From Candidatus Marinacidobacterium sp. (GTDB lineage Bacteria; Acidobacteriota; Vicinamibacteria; Marinacidobacterales; Marinacidobacteraceae): a DNA stretch of 64,000 nt. The position numbers and the translations under genes were made by a program. Below are positions 18,437 through 27,541 of this stretch, in pieces; position 1 is the first letter of the stretch, and every line of letters begins with the position of its first letter. The DNA lies in contig OZ242011.1 of assembly GCA_965204755.1 (NCBI GenBank), positions 1,760,001 through 1,824,000 on the forward strand, in the 5' to 3' direction. The notes under the pieces were generated by a model. The model ran no database searches and was not told the DNA's origin. It saw only the letters and a program-made list of their open reading frames with translations.

Positions 18437-19351
18437 TCAGCCGCTTCCCGAGGCGCTGGAAGCGATCGTCGTTCCGGTGAGGTCCTCGCCGTAGCGGGCG
18501 ATGGCGGCGTGGTCTTCGCCGCCGCGGCCGCTTTCCACCAAGGTCTTCACGAATTGGCGGACGACGGTGGTGACCGGGACCGGGGTATCCGCGGCCTTCG
18601 CCGCGGAGAGGGCGTTGTCCAGGTCCTTCAGGTGGAGTTCCAGCCGGAAGCCCGGCTTCCAGTCGCCGGCGATCATCTTCGGGGCCTTGGCGTCGAGGAC
18701 CGCGCTGCCGGCCAAGCCGCCGCGGATCGCTTCCACCACGACTTCGGGATCGAGACCCGAGCGGACGGCGAACAGCAGGGCCTCGCCGACCGCCTGGATG
18801 TTCGCGGCGACGATCATCTGGTTGGCCAACTTGACCGCGCCGCCGGCGCCCGGCCCGCCGCAGAGCACAGCGCTCCGGCCCAGCACCGAGAACACCGGGC
18901 GCAGCCGCTCGAACGCCGACGGAGCGCCGCCGGCCATGATCGCCAGTTCCCCGGCGACCGCGCCCGGTTCGCCGCCGCTCACCGGGGCGTCCACGAAGGC
19001 CGCGCCCTTCGCCTCGCACGCCGCCGCGAGCCGCCGGGACACGCCCGGATCGATCGAGGACATGTCGCAGACGAGCGGCGGAACCGAGGGGGCGGCCACG
19101 ACCCCGGATTCCCCGAGCACCACCGCTTCCGAGTCGGGCGAATCCGGCAGCATCAGGACGACCGCGTCCCGCCCGTCGGCGCACTCGGCGGGTGAGGCCG
19201 CGCGCCGCGCTCCGGCCGCCGCCAACTCGTCCACCGGCCCCGGGGAGCGGCTGTGGACGGTGAGGTCGTAGCCGGCGGCGAGCAGGTTCTTCGCCATCGG
19301 CCGGCCCATCACGCCGAGGCCGATGAAGCCGAGGGAGCGGAGTTCGGGCAT
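18437..19351 (-). CDS. garR: 2-hydroxy-3-oxopropionate reductase (beta-hydroxyacid dehydrogenase)
   Basis: GFIGLGVMGRPMAKNL, DAPVSGG, KLANQ, PGFRLELHLKDL. Confidence 0.85.
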   Translation of the reverse strand: MPELRSLGFIGLGVMGRPMAKNLLAAGYDLTVHSRSPGPVDELAAAGARRAASPAECADGRDAVVLMLPDSPDSEAVVLGESGVVAAPSVPPLVCDMSSIDPGVSRRLAAACEAKGAAFVDAPVSGGEPGAVAGELAIMAGGAPSAFERLRPVFSVLGRSAVLCGGPGAGGAVKLANQMIVAANIQAVGEALLFAVRSGLDPEVVVEAIRGGLAGSAVLDAKAPKMIAGDWKPGFRLELHLKDLDNALSAAKAADTPVPVTTVVRQFVKTLVESGRGGEDHAAIARYGEDLTGTTIASSASGSG

Positions 19352-19532
19352 CGCGGCGGGTCGGAGCGGTTCGGCGGGGGAGCGGGGGGGCGGAAAGTAT
19401 GCGGCCACCGGCGCGTCGCCCCCTCCGCGCGGCCCGCCGACCGCCCCCTCCGGCGCCGAGGGGCGGACGCCGCCGGTACCGCTACGCTAGGCAACGCCCC
19501 GCATCGCGCCGCTTCTCCGGCCCCCCTCCCCC

Positions 19533-19865
19533 ATGAGCCACTACTACGACGAAAACCACCTGCCCCGGTTCGGGGAGATCGGCGAGAACGCCCCCGAACT
19601 CTGGGAGAAGTTCCACGCCTGGTACCGCGCCACCTTCGCCGAGGGGGCGCTGACCGCCCGCGAGAAGGCGCTCATCGCTCTCGGCGTGGCGCACGCCGTC
19701 CAGTGCCCCTACTGCATCGACGCCTACTCCCAAGAGTGCCTCCAGCAGGGCTCGAACTTGGAGCAGATGACCGAAGCGGTCCATGTCTCCGCGGCGATCC
19801 GGGGCGGGGCCTCGCTGGTGCACGGGGTGCAGATGCGTGACCGGACGAAGCGGCTGAGCATGTGA
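19533..19865 (+). CDS. AhpD/CMD-family peroxidase-like protein (ArsS-associated type)
   Basis: EKALIALGVAHAVQCPYCIDAY, IRGGASLVHGVQM. Confidence 0.88.
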   Translation: MSHYYDENHLPRFGEIGENAPELWEKFHAWYRATFAEGALTAREKALIALGVAHAVQCPYCIDAYSQECLQQGSNLEQMTEAVHVSAAIRGGASLVHGVQMRDRTKRLSM

Positions 19866-20881
19866 GCCAAGTCCCGCTCCCGGTGTTCGAGGCCGGGGCC
19901 GCCGCCCGCCCGCCGGCGAACGGGTTTCCCGACTTCGACGACCGGCTGGCGGAGAGCGGGCTTCCCCCGCTTCGCGCCGAAGACATCGAAGTCTTCCAGA
20001 TCAATGTGGGGAAACTCTGCAACCAGACCTGCCGGCACTGCCATGTGGACGCCGGGCCCCACCGGGCCGCCGAGCAGATGACCCGCGAGACCGCCGAACT
20101 CTGCCTGCGGGCGCTGGCCCGGACCGGGGCGGGCACGGTGGACCTGACCGGCGGCGCCCCGGAACTCAACGCGAATTTCCGCTTCCTGGTGGAGGGCGCC
20201 CGGGAGATGGGCCGGCGGGTCATGGACCGCTGCAACCTGACCGTCCTGCTCCTGCCGTCGCAGGCGGGCCTCGCCGAGTACCTGGCGGAGCGGGAAGTCG
20301 AGATCGTGGCCAGCCTGCCCTACTTCCTCGCCGACCGGACCGACGCGCAGCGGGGCGACGGCGTCTTCGACCTCTCGATCCGCGCGCTCCGGCTGCTGAA
20401 CCGGCTCGGCTACGGGCAGGGCGGGCCGCTCGCGCTGAACCTCGTCTACAACCCGACGGGCGCGTTCCTGCCCGGCGACCAGGCGGCGCTGGAGCGGGAC
20501 TTCAAGCGGGAACTCGACCGGCGCTTCGGGATCCGGTTCGACCGGCTCTACGCCATGACGAACCTGCCGATCAGCCGCTTCCTCGACTACCTGCTCGAGA
20601 GCGGCAACTACCAGGGCTACATGACCCGGCTGGTGAACGCCTTCAACCCGGCCGCCGCTGCATCCGTGATGTGCCGGAACACGCTCTCGGTGGGTTGGGA
20701 CGGCCGGCTCTTCGACTGCGACTTCAACCAGATGCTGGACCTCGAGACCGGATTCGGCGCGCCCGCCCGCATCGCCGAGTTCGACCCCGAGGCGCTGTCC
20801 CGGCGGCGGATCGTCACCGGGGCGCACTGCTACGGCTGCACCGCCGGCGCCGGCTCGAGTTGCGGCGGCGCCACCGCGTGA
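19862..20881 (+). CDS. arsS: ArsS-family radical SAM protein (DUF3641 C-terminus)
   Basis: CNQTCRHC, DLTGGAPELN, DRCNLT, DCDFNQML, HCYGCTAGAGSSCGG. Confidence 0.88.
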   Translation: MSQVPLPVFEAGAAARPPANGFPDFDDRLAESGLPPLRAEDIEVFQINVGKLCNQTCRHCHVDAGPHRAAEQMTRETAELCLRALARTGAGTVDLTGGAPELNANFRFLVEGAREMGRRVMDRCNLTVLLLPSQAGLAEYLAEREVEIVASLPYFLADRTDAQRGDGVFDLSIRALRLLNRLGYGQGGPLALNLVYNPTGAFLPGDQAALERDFKRELDRRFGIRFDRLYAMTNLPISRFLDYLLESGNYQGYMTRLVNAFNPAAAASVMCRNTLSVGWDGRLFDCDFNQMLDLETGFGAPARIAEFDPEALSRRRIVTGAHCYGCTAGAGSSCGGATA

Positions 20882-21981
20882 GCGCCGCCGCATCCGCCGC
20901 CGTCCTCCCGGCGCCGGGCCGGCCGGTCGAGGTGCGGGATTTCGATTTACCGGAACTCGAGCCCGGCGAAGCCCTCCTCTCGACGGTCGCTTCCGAAGTC
21001 TGCGGCACCGATGTGCACCTGCGGGCCGGGCGGTTGGCCGGCGTGCCCTACCCGATCATCCCCGGCCATGTGAGCGTCGGGCGGGTCGCCGCCGCCCGCG
21101 GCGTGGATCGGGACGCGCTCGGCCGGCCGCTCCGGGAGGGCGACGCGGTCTCCTTCTTCGATGTGTTCGGCGCCTGCGGCGACTGCTACCACTGCCTGGT
21201 CGCGCGGCAGGAAAACCGCTGCCCGGCGCGCCGGGTGTACGGCATCACCTGTTCCGCCGACGAGGGGCTGCTCGGCGGCTGGGCGAGCCACATCCTCCTC
21301 CGGCCGGGCGTCCGGACGATGGCGCTGCCGGAGGAGTTGACGACGGACGAGGTGATCGGCGGCGGGTGCGGGCTGTTCACCGGGTTCGCCGCGGTCGAGC
21401 GGGGCGAGGTCCGGCTGGGGGAAAGCGTGGTGGTGCAGGGCGTCGGGCCGGTCGGCCTGGCCGCCGTCGCCTTCGCGCGGGCCTCCGGCGCGGGGACGAT
21501 CCTCGCGGTCGGGGAGTCGGCGGCGCGGCGGGAACTGGCCGGGCGGTTCGGCGCGGACGAGGCGCTGCCGCTCGCCGGCCTCGAGTCGGAGGAGCGGGCG
21601 GAGCGCGCGCGGGCCCTGACCGGCGGCCGGGGGGCCGATGTGGTGATCGAGGCCAGCGGCAACCCGAGGGCGCTGCCGGAGGGATTCGCCATGGTGCGCG
21701 ACGGCGGCCGCTATGTCATCGTCGGCCACTACACCGACGCCGGAACCGTCCCGGTGAACCCGCACCTCGACCTGAACCGCGCGCATGTGGAAGTACGCGG
21801 CCAGTGGGGCAGCCAGTTCCACCATTGGCAGCGGGCGCTCGCGGTCTTCGCCCGGTACCGGGAGCGGATGCCGTTCGCCGAGGTCATCGGCCGCCGCTAC
21901 GGTCTCGACGAAGCGAACGCCGCGCTCGACGATGTGGAGGCCCTCCGGGTGACCAAGGCGGTCATCGAACCGGCGGCCTGA
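20878..21981 (+). CDS. Zinc-dependent alcohol dehydrogenase (MDR family)
   Basis: CGTDVH, PGH, CGDCYHC...C, GVGPVG; GTGA overlap. Confidence 0.9.
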   Translation: MSAAASAAVLPAPGRPVEVRDFDLPELEPGEALLSTVASEVCGTDVHLRAGRLAGVPYPIIPGHVSVGRVAAARGVDRDALGRPLREGDAVSFFDVFGACGDCYHCLVARQENRCPARRVYGITCSADEGLLGGWASHILLRPGVRTMALPEELTTDEVIGGGCGLFTGFAAVERGEVRLGESVVVQGVGPVGLAAVAFARASGAGTILAVGESAARRELAGRFGADEALPLAGLESEERAERARALTGGRGADVVIEASGNPRALPEGFAMVRDGGRYVIVGHYTDAGTVPVNPHLDLNRAHVEVRGQWGSQFHHWQRALAVFARYRERMPFAEVIGRRYGLDEANAALDDVEALRVTKAVIEPAA

Positions 21982-21991
21982 CCGGCAGCCC

Positions 21992-22906
21992 ATGGCTCCG
22001 ACCGTCTCCGGCGACGCCGCGAAGGCGGGTCCCAACCTCGCCCACGCCCGCGGCAGCCGCACCGCGGAACTGGTCGCCGCTTCGCGGGCGCGGCATCTCG
22101 TCCGCCACCCGCCGCCGTGGATCGTCGAGGACCGCTTCGCCATCCACTTCGCGGGCTGGTGGAGGACGGTGATCCGGTCGAACCTGCTGGACTGGGTGTT
22201 CTCCCGGATCATCCTGCGACCGCTGATGCCGGTGACCATGCAGCAACTCACCCGCGCCCGGTTCGCCGAGGACCGGATCCTCGAAGCCGCCGGACGCGGC
22301 GTCTCCCAACTCGTGATCCTCGGTTCCGGGTTCGACACCTTCGCGCTCCGTTACCCGGCCCTGCCGGTAACCGTGTTCGAGGTGGACCTCGCGGCCACCG
22401 AAGTGTTGAAGCAGGAACGGATGGACGCCGCCGGCCTGCGCCCGCCGCCGGGACTCCGGTTCGTCAAGGTGGACTTCGAGCGCGACGACCTCGGCGACCG
22501 CCTGTCGGCCTGCGGCTTCAACCGCGGTCGCGCCGGCTTCTTCAACTGGATGGGCGTCACCTACTACCTGGCGAAGGACGCGATCCGCGCCAGCGCCGCC
22601 GCGCTCGGCGACCTCGCCGCGCCCGGGTCCGAACTGACGCTCGACTACCTGATCGCCGAGGATTGCGTGCCCGAGGAGAGCCGCCCGCTGTTCGGCAAGG
22701 TGATGAAGTTCGTCGCCAAGCGCGGGGAACCGTTCCGCTCGGCGTTCGACCCGGCGGAGGTCGTGGAGGAGATGGGCTGGTCGAAGCACTGGGAGTTGCG
22801 GCAACACGACTCCCCCGCCGACCAGACCGCCCGCTACCTCGAGGGCCGCGCCGACCTGCCTCCCCTCGCCCCCCTCTTCGGCTGCCTCCACCTCCGCCGC
22901 AGGTAG
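21992..22906 (+). CDS. SAM-dependent methyltransferase (LCM/TIGR00027-like)
   Basis: RARFAED, QLVILGSGFDT, VFEVD, GVTYYL. Confidence 0.88.
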   Translation: MAPTVSGDAAKAGPNLAHARGSRTAELVAASRARHLVRHPPPWIVEDRFAIHFAGWWRTVIRSNLLDWVFSRIILRPLMPVTMQQLTRARFAEDRILEAAGRGVSQLVILGSGFDTFALRYPALPVTVFEVDLAATEVLKQERMDAAGLRPPPGLRFVKVDFERDDLGDRLSACGFNRGRAGFFNWMGVTYYLAKDAIRASAAALGDLAAPGSELTLDYLIAEDCVPEESRPLFGKVMKFVAKRGEPFRSAFDPAEVVEEMGWSKHWELRQHDSPADQTARYLEGRADLPPLAPLFGCLHLRRR

Positions 22907-22917
22907 CCGCGCCGGAC

Positions 22918-22950
22918 GGCGCGCTTCAGGGCGCGCTTCAGGGCGCGCTC
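22918..22950. repeat. 12-bp tandem repeat GGCGCGCTTCAG x~2.7
   Basis: Read directly at the junction of two convergent genes. Confidence 0.85.
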
Positions 22951-24149
22951 CCGAAGAGGGCCGGCGGCCTCGGCCGCGGCGAAGCCGCCGACTCCGCCGG
23001 CATGAGTTGGCCCAACCGCAACAACCCTCCGATCGTGTACAGGTTCTCGGCGACCGCGGAACGCGCCACCCCGTCCATCGGCCCGATACGGCAGACGCCC
23101 CCCTCGGCGACGACCGGGAACACCTCGTCGGGATGGATGTCGTCTCCCTCGAACAAGTCGCCGCTGTGCGTCGTCACCAGGACCTGTGAGTGCTCCGCGG
23201 CCTCGCGCAGACTGTCCACGAGCACGCCGACCGCGTTGGGATGAAGGGAAGTCTCCGGCTCTTCGATGCCGATGAGCCGAGGTCCCGAAGGCGAGGAGAC
23301 GCCCTGGAGCAACGCGGTCAGGACGCCCAGGGCGCACAGCGTTCCGTCGGACATGGCGAGGGTATCGAGCCACACGGCGTCTCTTCCTTCCTCGTTCCGC
23401 TGCAGGAATTCCACGCGATCCTCGAAGCCGCGGCGCGCGACTCGAACGGCGTCGATCCCGTCCACGGCCGCCCCGAGGTATCGCTCGATCCTCGTCTTGG
23501 TCGTCGGATGCTCGTCGGCGAGGCGAGCGAGCGCGCCGGCGAGATTGCTTCCATCCCGCGACAGGGGATCCCGGGAAATCGAGTGCGCGGGCCTGCGAAT
23601 GGATTCCGGACCGAGGTGGTAGAAGGACATGCTCGACAGAGCCTCGTAAACCGGTTGGAATTCCACGACGCTCGCGGCTCTCAGCAAGTACAGGCTCTGC
23701 GGCGCCGGGGGAGGCGGCCGATCGATATCGCTGGACTCGATGACGCCGTTGCGGAGCGCGTAGTGCCGGCGCTGCCCATCGGTTTCAACGACGGCGCACT
23801 CCTCTCGCCGGAATCGCCAGGCGTACGGACCGTCGGGCTCGATCTCGAACGCGAAATGCCCGCGGCGCGAGTCCATCCGGAACTCCAGTCGTACTCCGAA
23901 GGACTCCGCCGGGTCGTTCACGCGTCTCCGCAGGGCAGCCGCTCCACCGCGCTCCCGGAGCGCAAGACTCATGGAGTGACGCAGAGCCTCCGCGACCAAT
24001 CGGACCGCATCCACGAAACTGCCCTTTCCGGCGCCGTTCGGGCCGACGAGCAGCGCCAGTGGGCCGAGCCGCACATCGCAACTCGCGATGTTCCGATAAT
24101 TCCGCAGAACGACCCGGCGGACGAACACTGCGTTCCGGTCGTCAGGCAT
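22938..24149 (-). CDS. ABC/SMC-like AAA ATPase (AAA_21 type)
   Basis: LRNYRNI, GPNGAGK, MSDGT, IGIEEPE..LHP, TTHS. Confidence 0.88.
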   Translation of the reverse strand: MPDDRNAVFVRRVVLRNYRNIASCDVRLGPLALLVGPNGAGKGSFVDAVRLVAEALRHSMSLALRERGGAAALRRRVNDPAESFGVRLEFRMDSRRGHFAFEIEPDGPYAWRFRREECAVVETDGQRRHYALRNGVIESSDIDRPPPPAPQSLYLLRAASVVEFQPVYEALSSMSFYHLGPESIRRPAHSISRDPLSRDGSNLAGALARLADEHPTTKTRIERYLGAAVDGIDAVRVARRGFEDRVEFLQRNEEGRDAVWLDTLAMSDGTLCALGVLTALLQGVSSPSGPRLIGIEEPETSLHPNAVGVLVDSLREAAEHSQVLVTTHSGDLFEGDDIHPDEVFPVVAEGGVCRIGPMDGVARSAVAENLYTIGGLLRLGQLMPAESAASPRPRPPALFGSAP

Positions 24150-24185
24150 TTCGATCACCGCGCGGTTACACGCCGCGGGCGGCGG

Positions 24186-24258
24186 GGTGGATGAGGGGAC
24201 TCGAACCCCCAACCGCCGGAACCACAATCCGGTGCTCTGCCATTGAGCTACATCCACC
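24186..24258 (-). tRNA. tRNA-His(GTG)
   Basis: G-1 GTGGATGTAGCTCAATGGCAGAGCACCGGATTGTGGTTCCGG...GGTTCGAGTCCCCTCATCCACC. Confidence 0.95.
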
Positions 24259-24298
24259 GACCGCCGGGGGCGCCCGGCGGCGCCGGCCGCCGTCCGGC

Positions 24299-24375
24299 TG
24301 GCGCGCCAGGGAGGACTCGAACCCCCGACCCGCGGCTTAGAAGGCCGCTGCTCTGTCCAACTGAGCTACTGGCGC
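24299..24375 (-). tRNA. tRNA-Arg(TCT)
   Basis: GCGCCAGTAGCTCAGTTGGACAGAGCAGCGGCCTTCTAAGCCGC...TGGCGCGCCA. Confidence 0.95.
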
Positions 24376-24456
24376 CTCGGGCGGCAGCGGCCCCCGGAGC
24401 CGGGAAGGCCGGCCCGCCCCGGTGAGGCGGGACGGCCCCGCGAGGGCCGCCGCTCG

Positions 24457-24530
24457 TCGGGGCGAGAGGATTCGAACCTCCGGCTTCCTGCTCCCAAAGC
24501 AGGCGCGCTGCCAGACTGCGCCACGCCCCG
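24457..24530 (-). tRNA. tRNA-Pro(TGG)
   Basis: CGGGGCGTGGCGCAGTCTGGCAGCGCGCCTGCTTTGGGAGCAGG...GGTTCGAATCC. Confidence 0.95.
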
Positions 24531-24580
24531 AGACATTCCTCGCCGGAACCTTACCGCCCGCGGCCTCCCGCGGAGGCGCC

Positions 24581-25198
24581 CTACGGCAGGACGCCGGACG
24601 CGAGCGCCGCCTCGAGGAAGGTGCGCAGCGGGCGGAGGGCCCGTCCCCGGTGGCTGATGGCTTCCTTCTCCTCCAGGGCGAGTTCGGCCATCGTCCGGCC
24701 GCTCTCCGGGAGTTCGAAGACCGGGTCGTAGCCGAAGCCGCCGCTGCCCCTCGGCGCCCGGGCGATGCGCCCTTCGACCGTTCCGGCGGACCGGAAGAGG
24801 ATCCGGCCGCCGGCGGCCAGCGCGCAGGCCGAGCGGTACCTCGCGCCCCGCTCCCGGTCCCCCACGAGTTCGAGGAGCCGGCGGTTCTTCCGGGCGTACG
24901 GCGTGTCCCGGCCCAGCCAGCGGGCCGAACGGACTCCCGGGGCGCCGCCCAAGGCGTCCACTTCGAGGCCGGAGTCCTCGGCTAGCGCCGGAAGGCCGGT
25001 GGCCCGCTGGTAGTGGAGCGCCTTGAGCCCGGCGTTGGCGAGGAAGTCCTCGCCGGTCTCCTCCGGCTCTTCCGGGACTTCGGCGCCGAGTTCCTCCGGG
25101 GTCAGCGCGACGAAGTCCACGGGCGCCCCGGCGAGCGCCGCGCGGATCTCCCGCACCTTCCCCGGGTTGCCGGTGGCGAGGAGCAGGCGGAGGTTCAT
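24581..25198 (-). CDS. rdgB: Non-canonical purine NTP pyrophosphatase (RdgB/HAM1)
   Basis: ATGNPGKVRE, EDSGLEVDALGGAPGVRSAR, GFGYDP, SHRGRAL. Confidence 0.93.
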   Translation of the reverse strand: MNLRLLLATGNPGKVREIRAALAGAPVDFVALTPEELGAEVPEEPEETGEDFLANAGLKALHYQRATGLPALAEDSGLEVDALGGAPGVRSARWLGRDTPYARKNRRLLELVGDRERGARYRSACALAAGGRILFRSAGTVEGRIARAPRGSGGFGYDPVFELPESGRTMAELALEEKEAISHRGRALRPLRTFLEAALASGVLP

Positions 25199-25851
25199 CC
25201 GTCCGAGTCCTCCTCCTGGGGGAGCAACCGCTCCGGGGCGCGGCCGAACCCGGAGCGCAGGTCGAGGTGGCCGGCGAGCGTGTCCTCCTGCTTCCCGTCC
25301 ACCAGGATCCGCACTTCCGCGATCGCGGGGAAGCCCTCGACCAAACTGTGGCTCAGGCTGTACACGGTGAGTTCCTCGGCGGCCAGCCCGCCGGGGTGCC
25401 GGGACAGCAACTCCCCGCTGAAGTCCAGCACCGCGACGCCGCGTCCGCTCACGAAGACTTCGAGCACTTCCACGCCGTCCGGAACCGTGCCCGAGTCGGC
25501 CACCACCCGGCGCACCACGGCTTCCGCGGCGTCGCGCGTCGGCGCTCCCGCCGGAAGGTCGAAGGTGCGTGGACGGAGGAGTCCGCCCGGCCCCAACTCG
25601 AAATAGACCCCCTGCGGGAGGTCCGCCGGCGCCGCGTCCGGCTGGCCCGCCGGCAGTTCGCCGGCCGGGGCGGGAGACTCCGCCTCCGAAGGGACGCCGA
25701 GCGGACCGGTTCCCTCCGGCGCTTCCGGCTCGCCGTCGCAGGCGCCGCCGAGCGCCGCCGCGAGGAGCAACGCCGCCGGAGCCCCGGCCGGCGCGGCGAG
25801 GGGGCTGCGGGTCAGGAATTCGCGGAAGCGGCGGGCCGCCGAACGGGTCAC
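25195..25851 (-). CDS. GerMN-domain lipoprotein
   Basis: LGGAC lipobox; AVLDFS, EELTVYSL, VRILVDG...TLAGHLDL. Confidence 0.85.
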   Translation of the reverse strand: MTRSAARRFREFLTRSPLAAPAGAPAALLLAAALGGACDGEPEAPEGTGPLGVPSEAESPAPAGELPAGQPDAAPADLPQGVYFELGPGGLLRPRTFDLPAGAPTRDAAEAVVRRVVADSGTVPDGVEVLEVFVSGRGVAVLDFSGELLSRHPGGLAAEELTVYSLSHSLVEGFPAIAEVRILVDGKQEDTLAGHLDLRSGFGRAPERLLPQEEDSDG

Positions 25852-27359
25852 TCGCCGGGGCCGGTCGCCCGGATGGAGTCGGCGCGGTAGCGCACGATGC
25901 CGGCGGCGAGCGCCCGCGCCGCTTCCTCGTGGAACGCCGGGTCCCGAAGCCGCTCCCGGTCGCGGGGCGAAGTGACATACCCGAGTTCGACCTGGACGGC
26001 CGGCATCGCCGCGCCGCTCAGCACGCGGAGCGGCGCGTGGGCGACGCCCTCCGAAGGGAGCGGCAGCGCCGCGAGCCCGGCGGCGATCTGCTCCGCGAGC
26101 GCCCGCGACGCCGGGAGGTACTCGTACTGCGCCTGGTCCCACGGCACGAAGCGGGCCGCGCCGCCCCGGCCCCGCGCCGCGGCCCCGGGAGTCAGGTGGT
26201 ACACCGCGCTCCCGGACGCCCCGGCGCTCGGCGAGGCGTTCAGGTGGATGCTGACCAGCAGGTCGGCGCCGGCGGCGTTCGCGGCGATCGTGCGGTCGTC
26301 CAGCGAGACCTCGCGGTCGTCGCTGCGGGTGAGGATCACATCGGCGAGGTCGAAGCCGTACTCCTCGACCAGGCGGTCGCGGAGCGCCCGCGCCACCGCC
26401 AGGGCGACCTCCTTCTCCGAGACGCCGCGCGGGCCGGTCGCGCCGAAGTCCGGGCCGCCGTGTCCGGGATCGATGGCGATCGTCCGCAGTTCGCGGCGCC
26501 GGGTCGGCCGGGCGGCGAGGTCGGCGAGGTCGGAACCGCCCGGGCGGGCCCGGAGCACTTCGCCCGACGAAGTGACCGCCGTGCCGGCGCGCAGGAAGTC
26601 GAGGTCGAACCGGCCGGGAGCGCGCTGTTGCCGGAGCCGGCCGAAGTTCCTCCCGGTGCGGATGCGGAGGCGGTAGCCGGTCCCGGTCCGCCGGAGGTCC
26701 ACGCGTTCCACGACGCCGTCGCGGGGGGCCTCGCCCGGGAAGTCCGTCTCGAGGAACGGCGCGCCGATCACCACCGCCACCTGCCCCGGGGTCTCTTCGA
26801 GGTGCATGGGCGTCTCCGGGGCGGTGCGGAGCCGCACCCGGGTGGCGTTCGGCTGCGGGAGGATCTCGACTTCGAGTTGCGGGTACTCGCCGGCCACCGC
26901 GAGTACTCGCTCCCGGTCGTCGTAGCGGCTGCCGGCGAGCACATCCGGCAGCACCCGGGCCACGAAGTCGAGGGGCACGAACCAGCGGCCGTTCCGCCGC
27001 AGACTCGGGTTCCGGAGGACGCGGGTGCTGCGGTCCACGAGGACGAAACTCCGGCCGGCGTCGAACCGGACGACCCGGCCGCCGAGCCGGACCGCCGCCT
27101 GGCGCTCGCCGGCGCCCGGCCCCAGGACGCCGCCGACCGCGGCGGCCAACTCGTCGAGCGGCACCATCTCATCGCCGGCCACCCGGTGCACCGGAACCGT
27201 TCGGGCGCCGCCGGCGCTCACCACGCGCAATTGCCGGGGCGGCTGGGCCGCGGCGGCCGCGGCGGGGAACGAAGGCAGCGCGCCGCCGAGCGAGGCGGCC
27301 AGGAGCAGACGGGCCGACCCGCGGAGCGCCGCCCGGCGCTGGCGGCGGGCGGGAATCAC
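25848..27359 (-). CDS. N-acetylmuramoyl-L-alanine amidase (Amidase_3)
   Basis: IDPGHGG, EKEVAL, SIHLNA, MPAVQVELGY; signal peptide. Confidence 0.9.
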   Translation of the reverse strand: MIPARRQRRAALRGSARLLLAASLGGALPSFPAAAAAAQPPRQLRVVSAGGARTVPVHRVAGDEMVPLDELAAAVGGVLGPGAGERQAAVRLGGRVVRFDAGRSFVLVDRSTRVLRNPSLRRNGRWFVPLDFVARVLPDVLAGSRYDDRERVLAVAGEYPQLEVEILPQPNATRVRLRTAPETPMHLEETPGQVAVVIGAPFLETDFPGEAPRDGVVERVDLRRTGTGYRLRIRTGRNFGRLRQQRAPGRFDLDFLRAGTAVTSSGEVLRARPGGSDLADLAARPTRRRELRTIAIDPGHGGPDFGATGPRGVSEKEVALAVARALRDRLVEEYGFDLADVILTRSDDREVSLDDRTIAANAAGADLLVSIHLNASPSAGASGSAVYHLTPGAAARGRGGAARFVPWDQAQYEYLPASRALAEQIAAGLAALPLPSEGVAHAPLRVLSGAAMPAVQVELGYVTSPRDRERLRDPAFHEEAARALAAGIVRYRADSIRATGPGE

Positions 27360-27541
27360 TTCTCCCCCCGAACGGACGGCCGAACGAGAGCGGGAGGAGT
27401 CGCGCCGGGACGCATGTCGCAGCGCCGACGGACTCACCGGCGCAACCCGTGAGGATAGCGCCCTTCGGGGCGCCGAGACGGCGCCGAACACGGGCCGCGG
27501 GCCGCGGTCAGCCGCCACCTCCGGCCCGCCGGGGCGGGAGT

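Noticed and set aside
20840-20881. Possible selenocysteine at the ArsS C-terminus
   Set aside because: The SSxGG position is TGC (Cys); the TGA is an ordinary stop overlapping the next GTG.
24150-24257. ORF-track N-terminal extension of the AAA ATPase
   Set aside because: It runs through tRNA-His; start placed at ATG 24149.
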